DNA from: Nemertoderma westbladi
Lineage: Eukaryota > Animalia > Xenacoelomorpha
DNA: 64,000 bases
NCBI GenBank assembly: GCA_032718475.1
Contig: JAUCBJ010007674.1
Coordinates: forward strand, 1 to 64,000
Direction of reading: 5' to 3'
The notes below the pieces were generated by a model, which saw nothing but the letters and a program-made list of their open reading frames with translations, made no database searches and had not been told where the DNA came from. Positions within the stretch are counted from its first letter, which is position 1. Each line of letters starts with the position of its first letter. Below, in pieces: positions 12,064-22,900 of the stretch. A program made the translations under genes and the position numbers.

Positions 12064-13797
12064 ATGCCGCCCTCTCCCATCCGGGGAAGGCGGTCCATAA
12101 CTGTTTCATGTTGCAACTGTGAGGCCGTGTTCGACGACGTCGACGACCTCCAACTCCATATCATGGAGTGTCAGGATAAACTGGATCGAGATAAACAGGA
12201 AGTTAGATCGAGCCAACTGACTGCCGTTTCGGGCTGTCAGTCCCCGGTTGAAATCCTGAAGGGTAGGCCTACTGGTACAGGAAATCGTAAACCCAAATCT
12301 CCGAAGAAAAGGTCGAATAAGAAGGCAACCGATACGACAAAGGTGCCGGTAACAGATAAGGGTAATTTATCTGTTGCTGGTAAATCACAACTTCCAACGT
12401 CCGGCACCGGCAGTCGACTTCCTGCTAGCAGCAAAGTTTCGAGTACCAAAAGTCCAACATCTAGATTGAACAACCCATTTGAGAAACTTAATAACGCCAC
12501 TCAGGGTGACGACGAAGTTTGCACTGTGTGTGCCAAACGAGTTATTCACAATGGGTTACAATGTTATGGGTGTGACCGATGGGAACACAGCAACCACTCG
12601 CGTATTCCGGCCGCAGTATACGACGCCCTCGGCAAGTATCCTAGCTTAGTTTTCCTATGTGTTAAATGCCGGGACCAGTCCATGTCTGAACATGTTGCTG
12701 CCGGATCTGGTTGTACCGGCACACCGGTACCGGACAGCGACAATAATCAAGTTTCTGTTGCTGACAAGCTCGAGTCGCTAACTTGTCAGATGAACGAGTT
12801 GCGCGATTTCTTAGTTGGGAAGACCTTGGAGTCGGATGGAAATAGCGACATTCGCTCACCTTCTCCAGAACCCCGCGATGCTAGAAGACCACTCGGTCCC
12901 ACTAAACGCCGCCATGACCAATGGGTAAACCCCAGTCGCCATGGCGCTCCCGCAAATCGATCCTGCAATCTCGAGGACAAGATCAAGGACTGCGTTGCTA
13001 AAGTTATACAGACCAACAAAGTCGAAGAACAGTCAACGTTGAGATTGTATATTGAGAAACTCCCAGAAACTGGATCTGCAGAAGGCGATGCCACATCGGT
13101 GCGGGAACTACTGAGTCTTATCGACTGTGGCGGAATTCACGAATACCGACTTCGTCGTCTCAGTTCTCCTCGCAATTCCAATCTTCCTCCGCTGATAGAA
13201 CTTTCGTTTAAATCACTTAACGATCGTTATCTAATCCTAAAAAACAGCTACAAACTTTCCAAATCGAAGTTTAAGAAGGTATTCGTCCGCCCCGATCTAT
13301 CGTCTGCCGTTCGCAGAGAACGGGATATTTTGCGTGCTCACGCGTACCTTGTCCATAGTGACAGGAACGTACACAACGTTGTGGTTGTGTACGACAACAA
13401 CGAAAGTTGTTATACGCTCAAGAAGAAGACTGCTCTGGGCCGAATCGACTGGCGATCCACAGTCACCATCACCACAGATGACTACGATGCTGCACTAAAG
13501 CACATGGAATCTAGAAGGAAACAGTTGCGGAGCGGCCTTCGATCGACCCCCGTTTCCCGTAGCCATGGTTCTCATGTTCCAATCCAACGTGATGTTCCCT
13601 TGGACACCTCGCCAACGGCGCAAGTGGATGGTCAGGTCCCCGACGATGGTTCCGCCGTCAATCGGGTCTCCGACGATGGTTCCGCCGTCAATCGGGTCTC
13701 CGACGATGGTTCCGCCGACAATCGGGTCTCCGACGATGGTTCCGCCGACAATCTGGTCTCCGACGATGGTTCCTCCATTATGTCGGGAAACTACTAA
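12064..13797 (+). CDS. LINE ORF1 protein (577 aa): N-terminal C2HC zinc finger, PHD-like finger, coiled coil, RRM/CTD-like region
   Basis: CCNC...HIMEC; CTVC...LQCYGCDRWEHSNH...FLCVKC (PHD spacing); LYIEKLPE...RRL...PPLIELSF...ILKNSYKL...VFVRPDLS, as in CR1/L2 ORF1p. Confidence 0.85.
   Translation: MPPSPIRGRRSITVSCCNCEAVFDDVDDLQLHIMECQDKLDRDKQEVRSSQLTAVSGCQSPVEILKGRPTGTGNRKPKSPKKRSNKKATDTTKVPVTDKGNLSVAGKSQLPTSGTGSRLPASSKVSSTKSPTSRLNNPFEKLNNATQGDDEVCTVCAKRVIHNGLQCYGCDRWEHSNHSRIPAAVYDALGKYPSLVFLCVKCRDQSMSEHVAAGSGCTGTPVPDSDNNQVSVADKLESLTCQMNELRDFLVGKTLESDGNSDIRSPSPEPRDARRPLGPTKRRHDQWVNPSRHGAPANRSCNLEDKIKDCVAKVIQTNKVEEQSTLRLYIEKLPETGSAEGDATSVRELLSLIDCGGIHEYRLRRLSSPRNSNLPPLIELSFKSLNDRYLILKNSYKLSKSKFKKVFVRPDLSSAVRRERDILRAHAYLVHSDRNVHNVVVVYDNNESCYTLKKKTALGRIDWRSTVTITTDDYDAALKHMESRRKQLRSGLRSTPVSRSHGSHVPIQRDVPLDTSPTAQVDGQVPDDGSAVNRVSDDGSAVNRVSDDGSADNRVSDDGSADNLVSDDGSSIMSGNY
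13635..13773 (+). repeat. 30-bp in-frame tandem repeat (about 4.5 copies) at the ORF1 3' end, encoding DDGSA(V/D)NRVS
   Basis: CGACGATGGTTCC recurs at 13641, 13671, 13701, 13731 and 13761. Confidence 0.95.
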
Positions 13798-13856
13798 CGG
13801 GAGAAGATATAAACTTAATTAATACTCCGAGCACAGCCCCCACCAATTCGACTTAT

Positions 13857-16643
13857 TTGAGTTGTTGTACTATGAATTGCCAGAGTATCGGCAACAAATT
13901 ACATGATTTAACGCATTTTTTAGACACATCTGGTCACACAGTGGTTGGTATTACGGAAAGTTGGTTGCGTGAGAGTATTACCGATGCAATGGTTGTAGAT
14001 CATAATCGTTTTCATATTTTTAGAAAGGACCGTGTCAGCACCACCGGCGGTGGTGTGGCCATAATAATTGATAAGGCTAAGGCTTTAAAATGTTCTAGAA
14101 TTTTCCCTGACAAAAAGTATGACGATTGTGAAATAATTGCTGTTGATATTCTCGGTGACGCCCCAACAAGATTAATTTGTGCTTATCGCAGCAACAGTGT
14201 GGTATGCAGTACCATTGATTATGTTAATTTATTTTGTGATTGTATATCTAATCTATCAGATGTAAATTACCCCATTGTTTGTTTCGGCGATTTTAATTTT
14301 CGTGATTTTAACTGGGAGGCAATGACCTTTCCTGACTCTGATATATATAATGCCTTTTTTAATTGTGTACACGAGGCGGGGTTCACCCAACTTGTCAACA
14401 AACCTACAAGGGGTGTTAGTACACTGGACTTAGTTTTTACTAGTGATGTGTTGTGTGTTAGTGACGTCACAGTTGACGTCGGTTTTTCAACAAGTGACCA
14501 TTCATCTGTATTTTTTAATCTATGTGGTCCCTATCAGTTTGTAAATAGTGAACCTGTACAATATTTAGATTATAAGAACGGCGACTATGTAGCATTTTCT
14601 TCCTTTTTAGATACTCAAGATTGGCATTGCAATTTTGAATCATGTATTGCAGTAGATGATTATTGGATTGCTTTTTATAATGTTGTTAACGCTGGTATAA
14701 CGCGTTTTATTCCATGCAAAGATATTCCTGTTTCTTTTAGAAAACGTTATCCCGATCACATTAGGCAACTTCAACGAAAAAAGAAATTACTATGGAAAAG
14801 GCGGCACACACCACAGGGTAACCTAGCTTACAATAGGTGTGCGAAGGAAATTTCTAGAACAATATTTAGGAATTTGTGTCTGAGAGAAAATAAGATTTTA
14901 ACCTCAGGCCGTCCAAACGCTATTTTTAGCTACATTAGTTCCAAGAGAAATTATAAATCTGGAGTTGCCCCTTTGAATTTCAAAGGTGATGTGATCGTTG
15001 ACGACGCAATTAAAGCCAGGATTTTTTCGAAGGTTCTGGCAGAGAATTACTGTAACGATGATGGTAATTGCCCCCCTTTCAGTCGTGCGGTGCCAAATAA
15101 TACACATATTAGCGACATTACTTTTAATCCCAGTGTAGTACTTAAGATTTTACGAGACCTACCATCAAAGTCTGGCTCAACACCAGATGGAATGCCTAGC
15201 TTATTATACCGTAGTTTGGCTACACAGCTAGCAACGCCTTTGTCTGTTATGTTTGAAATATCTTTCAGTTTACATGTGTTACCCAATATCTGGCTTACAG
15301 CAATTGTAGTACCCCTGTTCAAGAAAGATGACCCGTCCAACCCATACAACTACCGGCCAATTTCTTTGACTTGCATTGCCTGCAAAATAATGGAAACTTG
15401 TATTAAAAATGAACTTTTAAAGTACCTACTTTCGAATGGCCTAATTTCTAAAAATCAACACGGCTTTCTCAAACGCCGCTCAACTGCAACTCATCTCCTC
15501 GAGTGCACGAACGATTGGTACAAATTATTAGATAATAAACAGAACATCGATATTATTTATATCGACTTCGAGAAGGCCTTCGATAAGGTGGTACACTCTA
15601 AACTTTTACAAAAACTGGCCGCGTATGGGATTTCAGGTAATCTATTTGACTGGATTGTCGCCTTCTTAGCTAATCGTAGTCAACGTGTTTTAGTTGGATA
15701 CAAATACTCAGATTATGTTGACGTCAAATCAGGAACACCCCAAGGAAGCGTCTTGGGGCCGATTTTGTTCCTAGTTTTTGTAAACGATTTGCCTTCGGAA
15801 TTTACAAATGTAGGTTGCAAACTATTTGCTGACGATTTAAAATTATATGGAAACAGTAATAATCCGGCAAACATTCAAAATGCGTTGGATAGATTAGCCA
15901 GTTGGAGTAAAACCTGGCAGCTCAATGTCGCTGCTCACAAATGTCATGTACTTCACCTTGGTACACGCACACCGAGTGAGTACACTCTCAACGGTTCTAT
16001 TCTAGAACTCAAGGAGAGTTGTAAGGACCTAGGTATTATCGTTACCAAAAATCTGCGTTTCAGCAAATACTGCAGCCAACAAGTATCCAAGGCGTATAAA
16101 ATGTGCAATATATTATTTAGGTGCTTCCACACTTCTAATGTCAACGTACTTATTACGGCTTATAAGGCGTATGTTCGCCCACTGTTAGAGTATTGTACTG
16201 TGGTTTGGTCTCCTCACCAAATCTTTAATATAAAATTGGTTGAGCGCGTCCAACGATATTTCACCAGACGATTGTTTTCAAGATGTCAGTTAACACACAT
16301 AGATAACAGTTACTCTAATAGATTAATACACTTGAAACTCCAACCATTAGAAGTTAGGCGAATTATTTTTGATATCCGTATGGTTTATAATATTTGTCAC
16401 AATAACATTGACCTTCATTTTAACGATTTTTTCTCGCATGTGCAACGGCAAGGTTTGCGAGGCCATAACAGGAAACTGTTTGCACAGCCTAGCAGGCTAG
16501 TCGTTGTCAGAAATCGTTTTGCCAGCCGTATAGTATCCGTGTGGAATTCCTTGCCCTCAGATGCCGTTAATGCACGTAATTTGTATATTTTTAATTGCCA
16601 TATACGTCATATTGATTTTAGTCACTTGTGTCATTTTGTTTAA
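13857..16643 (+). CDS. LINE ORF2: apurinic-like endonuclease plus reverse transcriptase (CR1 clade)
   Basis: APE motifs MNCQS, ITESWL, GGGV, GDFN, PTR...LDL, SDH. RT motifs NYRPISL, QHGF, DFEKAFDKV, GTPQGSVLGP, LFADDLK, KDLG. CR1-type C-terminus YVRPLLEY...WSP...ERVQR...RGH...WNSLP. No stops. The true start is uncertain (TTG called; the frame is open further upstream). Confidence 0.95.
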   Translation: MSCCTMNCQSIGNKLHDLTHFLDTSGHTVVGITESWLRESITDAMVVDHNRFHIFRKDRVSTTGGGVAIIIDKAKALKCSRIFPDKKYDDCEIIAVDILGDAPTRLICAYRSNSVVCSTIDYVNLFCDCISNLSDVNYPIVCFGDFNFRDFNWEAMTFPDSDIYNAFFNCVHEAGFTQLVNKPTRGVSTLDLVFTSDVLCVSDVTVDVGFSTSDHSSVFFNLCGPYQFVNSEPVQYLDYKNGDYVAFSSFLDTQDWHCNFESCIAVDDYWIAFYNVVNAGITRFIPCKDIPVSFRKRYPDHIRQLQRKKKLLWKRRHTPQGNLAYNRCAKEISRTIFRNLCLRENKILTSGRPNAIFSYISSKRNYKSGVAPLNFKGDVIVDDAIKARIFSKVLAENYCNDDGNCPPFSRAVPNNTHISDITFNPSVVLKILRDLPSKSGSTPDGMPSLLYRSLATQLATPLSVMFEISFSLHVLPNIWLTAIVVPLFKKDDPSNPYNYRPISLTCIACKIMETCIKNELLKYLLSNGLISKNQHGFLKRRSTATHLLECTNDWYKLLDNKQNIDIIYIDFEKAFDKVVHSKLLQKLAAYGISGNLFDWIVAFLANRSQRVLVGYKYSDYVDVKSGTPQGSVLGPILFLVFVNDLPSEFTNVGCKLFADDLKLYGNSNNPANIQNALDRLASWSKTWQLNVAAHKCHVLHLGTRTPSEYTLNGSILELKESCKDLGIIVTKNLRFSKYCSQQVSKAYKMCNILFRCFHTSNVNVLITAYKAYVRPLLEYCTVVWSPHQIFNIKLVERVQRYFTRRLFSRCQLTHIDNSYSNRLIHLKLQPLEVRRIIFDIRMVYNICHNNIDLHFNDFFSHVQRQGLRGHNRKLFAQPSRLVVVRNRFASRIVSVWNSLPSDAVNARNLYIFNCHIRHIDFSHLCHFV

Positions 16644-16949
16644 ATATGCACACATTATACCCCGCCTCGTATTTTGATTTGATTTTGATTTTTATTTTTT
16701 TTATATTTTCTCTGTTCATAATGACTGACCGTGTTTTACCATTTTATTTTTTTAGTTTGCAATATTTTTACTTAATTCCAATAGAGATACGCTCGTAAGT
16801 GCAACATTGCCTGGGTTATCTTCTCCCTCCATACATATAATTGTTTAATTAAAGGTCTAATTCAATTTCATTTTGTGAATATGTATGTCATTAAGATTAA
16901 TTTTAAATAATTAATTATTTTATTTGTCGGTGCAATTATTTGGAGTGCA

Positions 16950-16970
16950 ATTACATTACATTACATTACA
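16950..16970 (+). repeat. LINE 3' terminal microsatellite (TTACA)4
   Basis: attacattacattacattaca lies directly before the TSD. Short-repeat tails instead of poly(A) are typical of CR1/L2. Confidence 0.9.
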
Positions 16971-19900
16971 TAGTAGACAACAATAGGAGTGTCAAACACA
17001 GACACTGAGGTAGTAGTAGACAACAATAGGAGTGTCAAACACAGACACTGGGGTAGTAGTAGACAACAATAGGAGTGAAAACACAGACACTGGGGTAGTA
17101 GTAGACAACAATAGGAGTGTCAAACACAGACACTGGGGTAGTAGTAGACAACAATAGGAGTGAAAACACAGACATTGGGGTAGTAGTAGACAACAATAGG
17201 AGTGTCAAACACAGACACTGAGGTAGTAGTAGACAACAATAGGAGTGTCAAACACAGACACTGGGGTAGTAGTAGACAACAATAGGAGTGTCAAACACAG
17301 ACATTGGGGTAGTAGTAGACAACAATAGGAGTGTCAAACACAGACACTGAGGTAGTAGTAGACAACAATAGGAGTGTCAAACACAGACACTGGGGTAGTA
17401 GTAGACAACAATAGGAGTGAAAACACAGACATTGGGGTAGTAGTAGACAACAATAGGAGTGTCAAACACAGACACTGAGGTAGTAGTAGACAACAATAGG
17501 AGTGTCAAACACAGACACTGAGGTAGTAGTAGATAACAATAGGAGTGTCAAACACAGACACTGAGGTAGTAGTAGATAACAATAGGAGTGTCAAACACAG
17601 ACACTGAGGTAGTAGTAGACAACAATAGGAGTGTCAAACACAGACACTGAGGTAGTAGTAGATAACAATAGGAGTGTCAAACACAGACACTGGGGTAGTA
17701 GTAGACAACAATAGGAGTGTCAAACACAGACACTGGGGTAGTAGTAGACAACAATAGGAGTGTCAAACACAGACACTGGGGTAGTAGTAGACAACAATAG
17801 GAGTGTCAAACACAGACACTGGGGTAGTAGTAGACAACAATAGGAGTGAAAACACAGACACTGAGGTAGTAGTAGATAACAATAGGAGTGTCAAACACAG
17901 ACACTGGGGTAGTTATAGACAACAATAGGAGTGTCAAACACAGACACTGAGGTAGTAGTAGATAACAATAGGAGTGTCAAACACAGACACTGAGGTAGTA
18001 GTAGACAACAATAGGAGTGTCAAACACAGACATTGGGGTAGTAGTAGATAACAATAGGAGTGTCAAACACAGACACCTAGGTAGTAGTAGACAACAATAG
18101 GAGTGTCAAACACAGACACTGGGGTAGTAGTAGACAACAATAGGAGTGTCAAACACAGACATTGGGGTAGTAGTAGACAACAATAGGAGTGTCAAACACA
18201 GACACTGAGGTAGTAGTAGACAACAATAGGAGTGTCAAACACAGACATTGGGGTAGTAGTAGACAACAATAGGAGTGTCAAACACAGACACTGGGGTAGT
18301 AGTAGATAACAATAGGAGTGTCAAACACAGACACTGGGGTAGTAGTAGACAACAATAGGAGTGTCAAACACAGACATTGGGGTAGTAGTAGACAACAATA
18401 GGAGTGTCAAACACAGACACTGGGGTAGTAGTAGACAACAATAGGAGTGTCAAACACAGACACCTAGGTAGTAGTAGACAACAATAGGAGTGTCAAACAC
18501 AGACACTGGGGTAGTAGTAGACAACAATAGGAGTGTCAAACACAGACACTGAGGTAGTAGTAGACAACAATAGGAGTGTCAAACACAGACACTGGGGTAG
18601 TAGTAGATAACAATAGGAGTGTCAAACACAGACACTGTGGTAGTAGTAGATAACAATAGGAGTGTCAAACACAGACACTGAGGTAGTAGTAGATAACAAT
18701 AGGAGTGTCAAACACAGACATTGGGGTAGTAGTAGACAACAATAGGAGTGTCAAACACAGACACTGAGGTAGTAGTAGATAACAATAGGAGTGTCAAACA
18801 CAGACATTGGGGTAGTAGTAGACAACAATAGGAGTGTCAAACACAGACACTGGGGTAGTAGTAGACAACAATAGGAGTGAAAACACAGACACTGGGGTAG
18901 TAGTAGACAACAATAGGAGTGTCAAACACAGACACTGAGGTAGTAGTAGACAACAATAGGAGTGAAAACACAGACACTGGGGTAGTAGTAGACAACAATA
19001 GGAGTGTCAAACACATACACTGGGGTAGTAGTAGACAACAATAGGAGTGAAAACACAGACACTGGGGTAGTAGTAGACAACAATAGGAGTGAAAACACAG
19101 ACACTGGGGTAGTAGTAGACAACAATAGGAGTGTCAAACACATACACTGGGGTAGTAGTAGACAACAATAGGAGTGAAAACACAGACACTGGGGTAGTAG
19201 TAGACAACAATAGGAGTGAAAACACAGACACTGGGGTAGTAGTAGATAACAATAGGAGTGAAAACACAGACACTGAGGTAGTAGTAGATAACAATAGGAG
19301 TGTCAAACACAGACACTGGGGTAGTAGTAGACAACAATAGGAGTGAAAACACAGACACTGGGGTAGTAGTAGACAACAATAGGAGTGTCAAACACAGACA
19401 CTGAGGTAGTAGTAGACAACAATAGGAGTGAAAACACAGACACTGGGGTAGTAGTAGACAACAATAGGAGTGAAAACACAGACACTGGGGTAGTAGTAGA
19501 CAACAATAGGAGTGTCAAACACATACACTGGGGTAGTAGTAGACAACAATAGGAGTGAAAACACAGACACTGGGGTAGTAGTAGACAACAATAGGAGTGA
19601 AAACACAGACACTGGGGTAGTAGTAGACAACAATAGGAGTGTCAAACACATACACTGGGGTAGTAGTAGACAACAATAGGAGTGAAAACACAGACACTGG
19701 GGTAGTAGTAGACAACAATAGGAGTGAAAACACAGACACTGGGGTAGTAGTAGATAACAATAGGAGTGAAAACACAGACACTGAGGTAGTAGTAGACAAC
19801 AATAGGAGTGTCAAACACAGACACTGGGGTAGTAGTAGACAACAATAGGAGTGAAAACACAGACACTGGGGTAGTAGTAGACAACAATAGGAGTGTCAAA

Positions 19901-22900
19901 CACAGACACTGAGGTAGTAGTAGATAACAATAGGAGTGTCAAACACAGACACTGAGGTAGTAGTAGACAACAATAGGAGTGTCAAACACATACACTGGGG
20001 TAGTAGTAGACAACAATAGGAGTGAAAACACAGACACTGGGGTAGTAGTAGACAACAATAGGAGTGAAAACACAGACACTGGGGTAGTAGTAGACAACAA
20101 TAGGAGTGAAAACACAGACACTGGGGTAGTAGTAGACAACAATAGGAGTGTCAAACACATACACTGGGGTAGTAGTAGACAACAATAGGAGTGAAAACAC
20201 AGACACTGGGGTAGTAGTAGACAACAATAGGAGTGAAAACACAGACACTGGGGTAGTAGTAGATAACAATAGGAGTGAAAACACAGACACTGAGGTAGTA
20301 GTAGATAACAATAGGAGTGTCAAACACAGACACTGTGGTAGTAGTAGATAACAATAGGAGTGTCAAACACAGACACTGTGGTAGTAGTAGATAACAATAG
20401 GAGTGTCAAACACAGACATTGGGGTAGTAGTAGACAACAATAGGAGTGTCAAACACAGACACTGGGGTAGTAGTAGACAACAATAGGAGTGTCAAACACA
20501 GACACCTAGGTAGTAGTAGACAACAATAGGAGTGTCAAACACAGACACTGGGGTAGTAGTAGACAACAATAGGAGTGTCAAACACAGACACTGAGGTAGT
20601 AGTAGACAACAATAGGAGTGTCAAACACAGACACTGGGGTAGTAGTAGATAACAATAGGAGTGTCAAACACAGACACTGTGGTAGTAGTAGATAACAATA
20701 GGAGTGTCAAACACAGACACTGAGGTAGTAGTAGATAACAATAGGAGTGTCAAACACAGACATTGGGGTAGTAGTAGACAACAATAGGAGTGTCAAACAC
20801 AGACACTGAGGTAGTAGTAGATAACAATAGGAGTGTCAAACACAGACATTGGGGTAGTAGTAGACAACAATAGGAGTGTCAAACACAGACACTGGGGTAG
20901 TAGTAGACAACAATAGGAGTGAAAACACAGACACTGGGGTAGTAGTAGACAACAATAGGAGTGTCAAACACAGACACTGAGGTAGTAGTAGACAACAATA
21001 GGAGTGAAAACACAGACACTGGGGTAGTAGTAGACAACAATAGGAGTGTCAAACACATACACTGGGGTAGTAGTAGACAACAATAGGAGTGAAAACACAG
21101 ACACTGGGGTAGTAGTAGATAACAATAGGAGTGTCAAACACAGACACTGGGGTAGTAGTAGATAACAATAGGAGTGAAAACACAGACACTGGGGTAGTAG
21201 TAGATAACAATAGGAGTGTCAAACACAGACACTGGGGTAGTAGTAGACAACAATAGGAGTGAAAACACAGACACTGGGGTAGTAGTAGACAACAATAGGA
21301 GTGTCAAACACAGACACTGAGGTAGTAGTAGACAACAATAGGAGTGAAAACACAGACACTGGGGTAGTAGTAGACAACAATAGGAGTGAAAACACAGACA
21401 CTGGGGTAGTAGTAGACAACAATAGGAGTGTCAAACACATACACTGGGGTAGTAGTAGACAACAATAGGAGTGAAAACACAGACACTGGGGTAGTAGTAG
21501 ACAACAATAGGAGTGAAAACACAGACACTGGGGTAGTAGTAGACAACAATAGGAGTGTCAAACACATACACTGGGGTAGTAGTAGACAACAATAGGAGTG
21601 AAAACACAGACACTGGGGTAGTAGTAGACAACAATAGGAGTGAAAACACAGACACTGGGGTAGTAGTAGATAACAATAGGAGTGAAAACACAGACACTGA
21701 GGTAGTAGTAGACAACAATAGGAGTGTCAAACACAGACACTGGGGTAGTAGTAGACAACAATAGGAGTGAAAACACAGACACTGGGGTAGTAGTAGACAA
21801 CAATAGGAGTGTCAAACACAGACACTGAGGTAGTAGTAGACAACAATAGGAGTGAAAACACAGACACTGGGGTAGTAGTAGACAACAATAGGAGTGAAAA
21901 CACAGACACTGGGGTAGTAGTAGACAACAATAGGAGTGTCAAACACATACACTGGGGTAGTAGTAGACAACAATAGGAGTGAAAACACAGACACTGGGGT
22001 AGTAGTAGACAACAATAGGAGTGAAAACACAGACACTGGGGTAGTAGTAGATAACAATAGGAGTGAAAACACAGACACTGAGGTAGTAGTAGATAACAAT
22101 AGGAGTGTCAAACACAGACACTGTGGTAGTAGTAGATAACAATAGGAGTGTCAAACACAGACACTGTGGTAGTAGTAGATAACAATAGGAGTGTCAAACA
22201 CAGACACTGAGGTAGTAGTAGACAACAATAGGAGTGTCAAACACAGACACTGGGGTAGTAGTAGATAACAATAGGAGTGTCAAACACAGACACTGTGGTA
22301 GTAGTAGATAACAATAGGAGTGTCAAACACAGACACTGAGGTAGTAGTAAACAACTATAGGAGTGTCAAACACAGACATTGGGGTAGTAGTAGATAACAA
22401 TAGGAGTGTCAAACACAGACACTGGGGTAGTAGTAGACAACAATAGGAGTGTCAAACACAGACACTGAGGTAGTAGTAGACAACAATAGGAGTGTCAAAC
22501 ACAGACACTGGGGTAGTAGTAGACAACAATAGGAGTGTCAAACACAGACATTGGGGTAGTAGTAGATAACAATAGGAGTGTCAAACACAGACACTGGGGT
22601 AGTAGTAGACAACAATAGGAGTGTCAAACACAGACACTGAGGTAGTAGTAGACAACAATAGGAGTGTCAAACACAGACACTGGGGTAGTAGTAGACAACA
22701 ATAGGAGTGTCAAACACAGACACTGGGGTAGTAGTAGACAACAATAGGAGTGTCAAACACAGACACTGAGGTAGTAGTAGATAACAATAGGAGTGTCAAA
22801 CACAGACACTGTGGTAGTAGTAGACAACAATAGGAGTGTCAAACACAGACATTGGGGTAGTAGTAGATAACAATAGGAGTGTCAAACACAGACATTGGGG

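Larger units (their letters stand above)
11876..16970 (+). mobile_element. Apparently full-length, intact CR1-clade LINE inserted in the satellite, antisense to the host gene
   Basis: Two long ORFs, a ~190-bp 5' leader, an AT-rich 3' UTR and a (TTACA)4 tail. Target-site duplication TAGTAGA at 11869-11875 and 16971-16977, with the satellite register resuming correctly. Confidence 0.93.

Noticed and set aside
13792-13798. TACTAAC branch-point consensus at the ORF1 stop
   Set aside because: No pyrimidine tract follows and AGs occur within a few nt. Probably coincidental.
12237-16144. Minus-strand ORFs within the LINE and + ORF 13565..13822
   Set aside because: Shadow frames of ORF1/ORF2 and of the 30-bp repeat, with no recognisable motifs.
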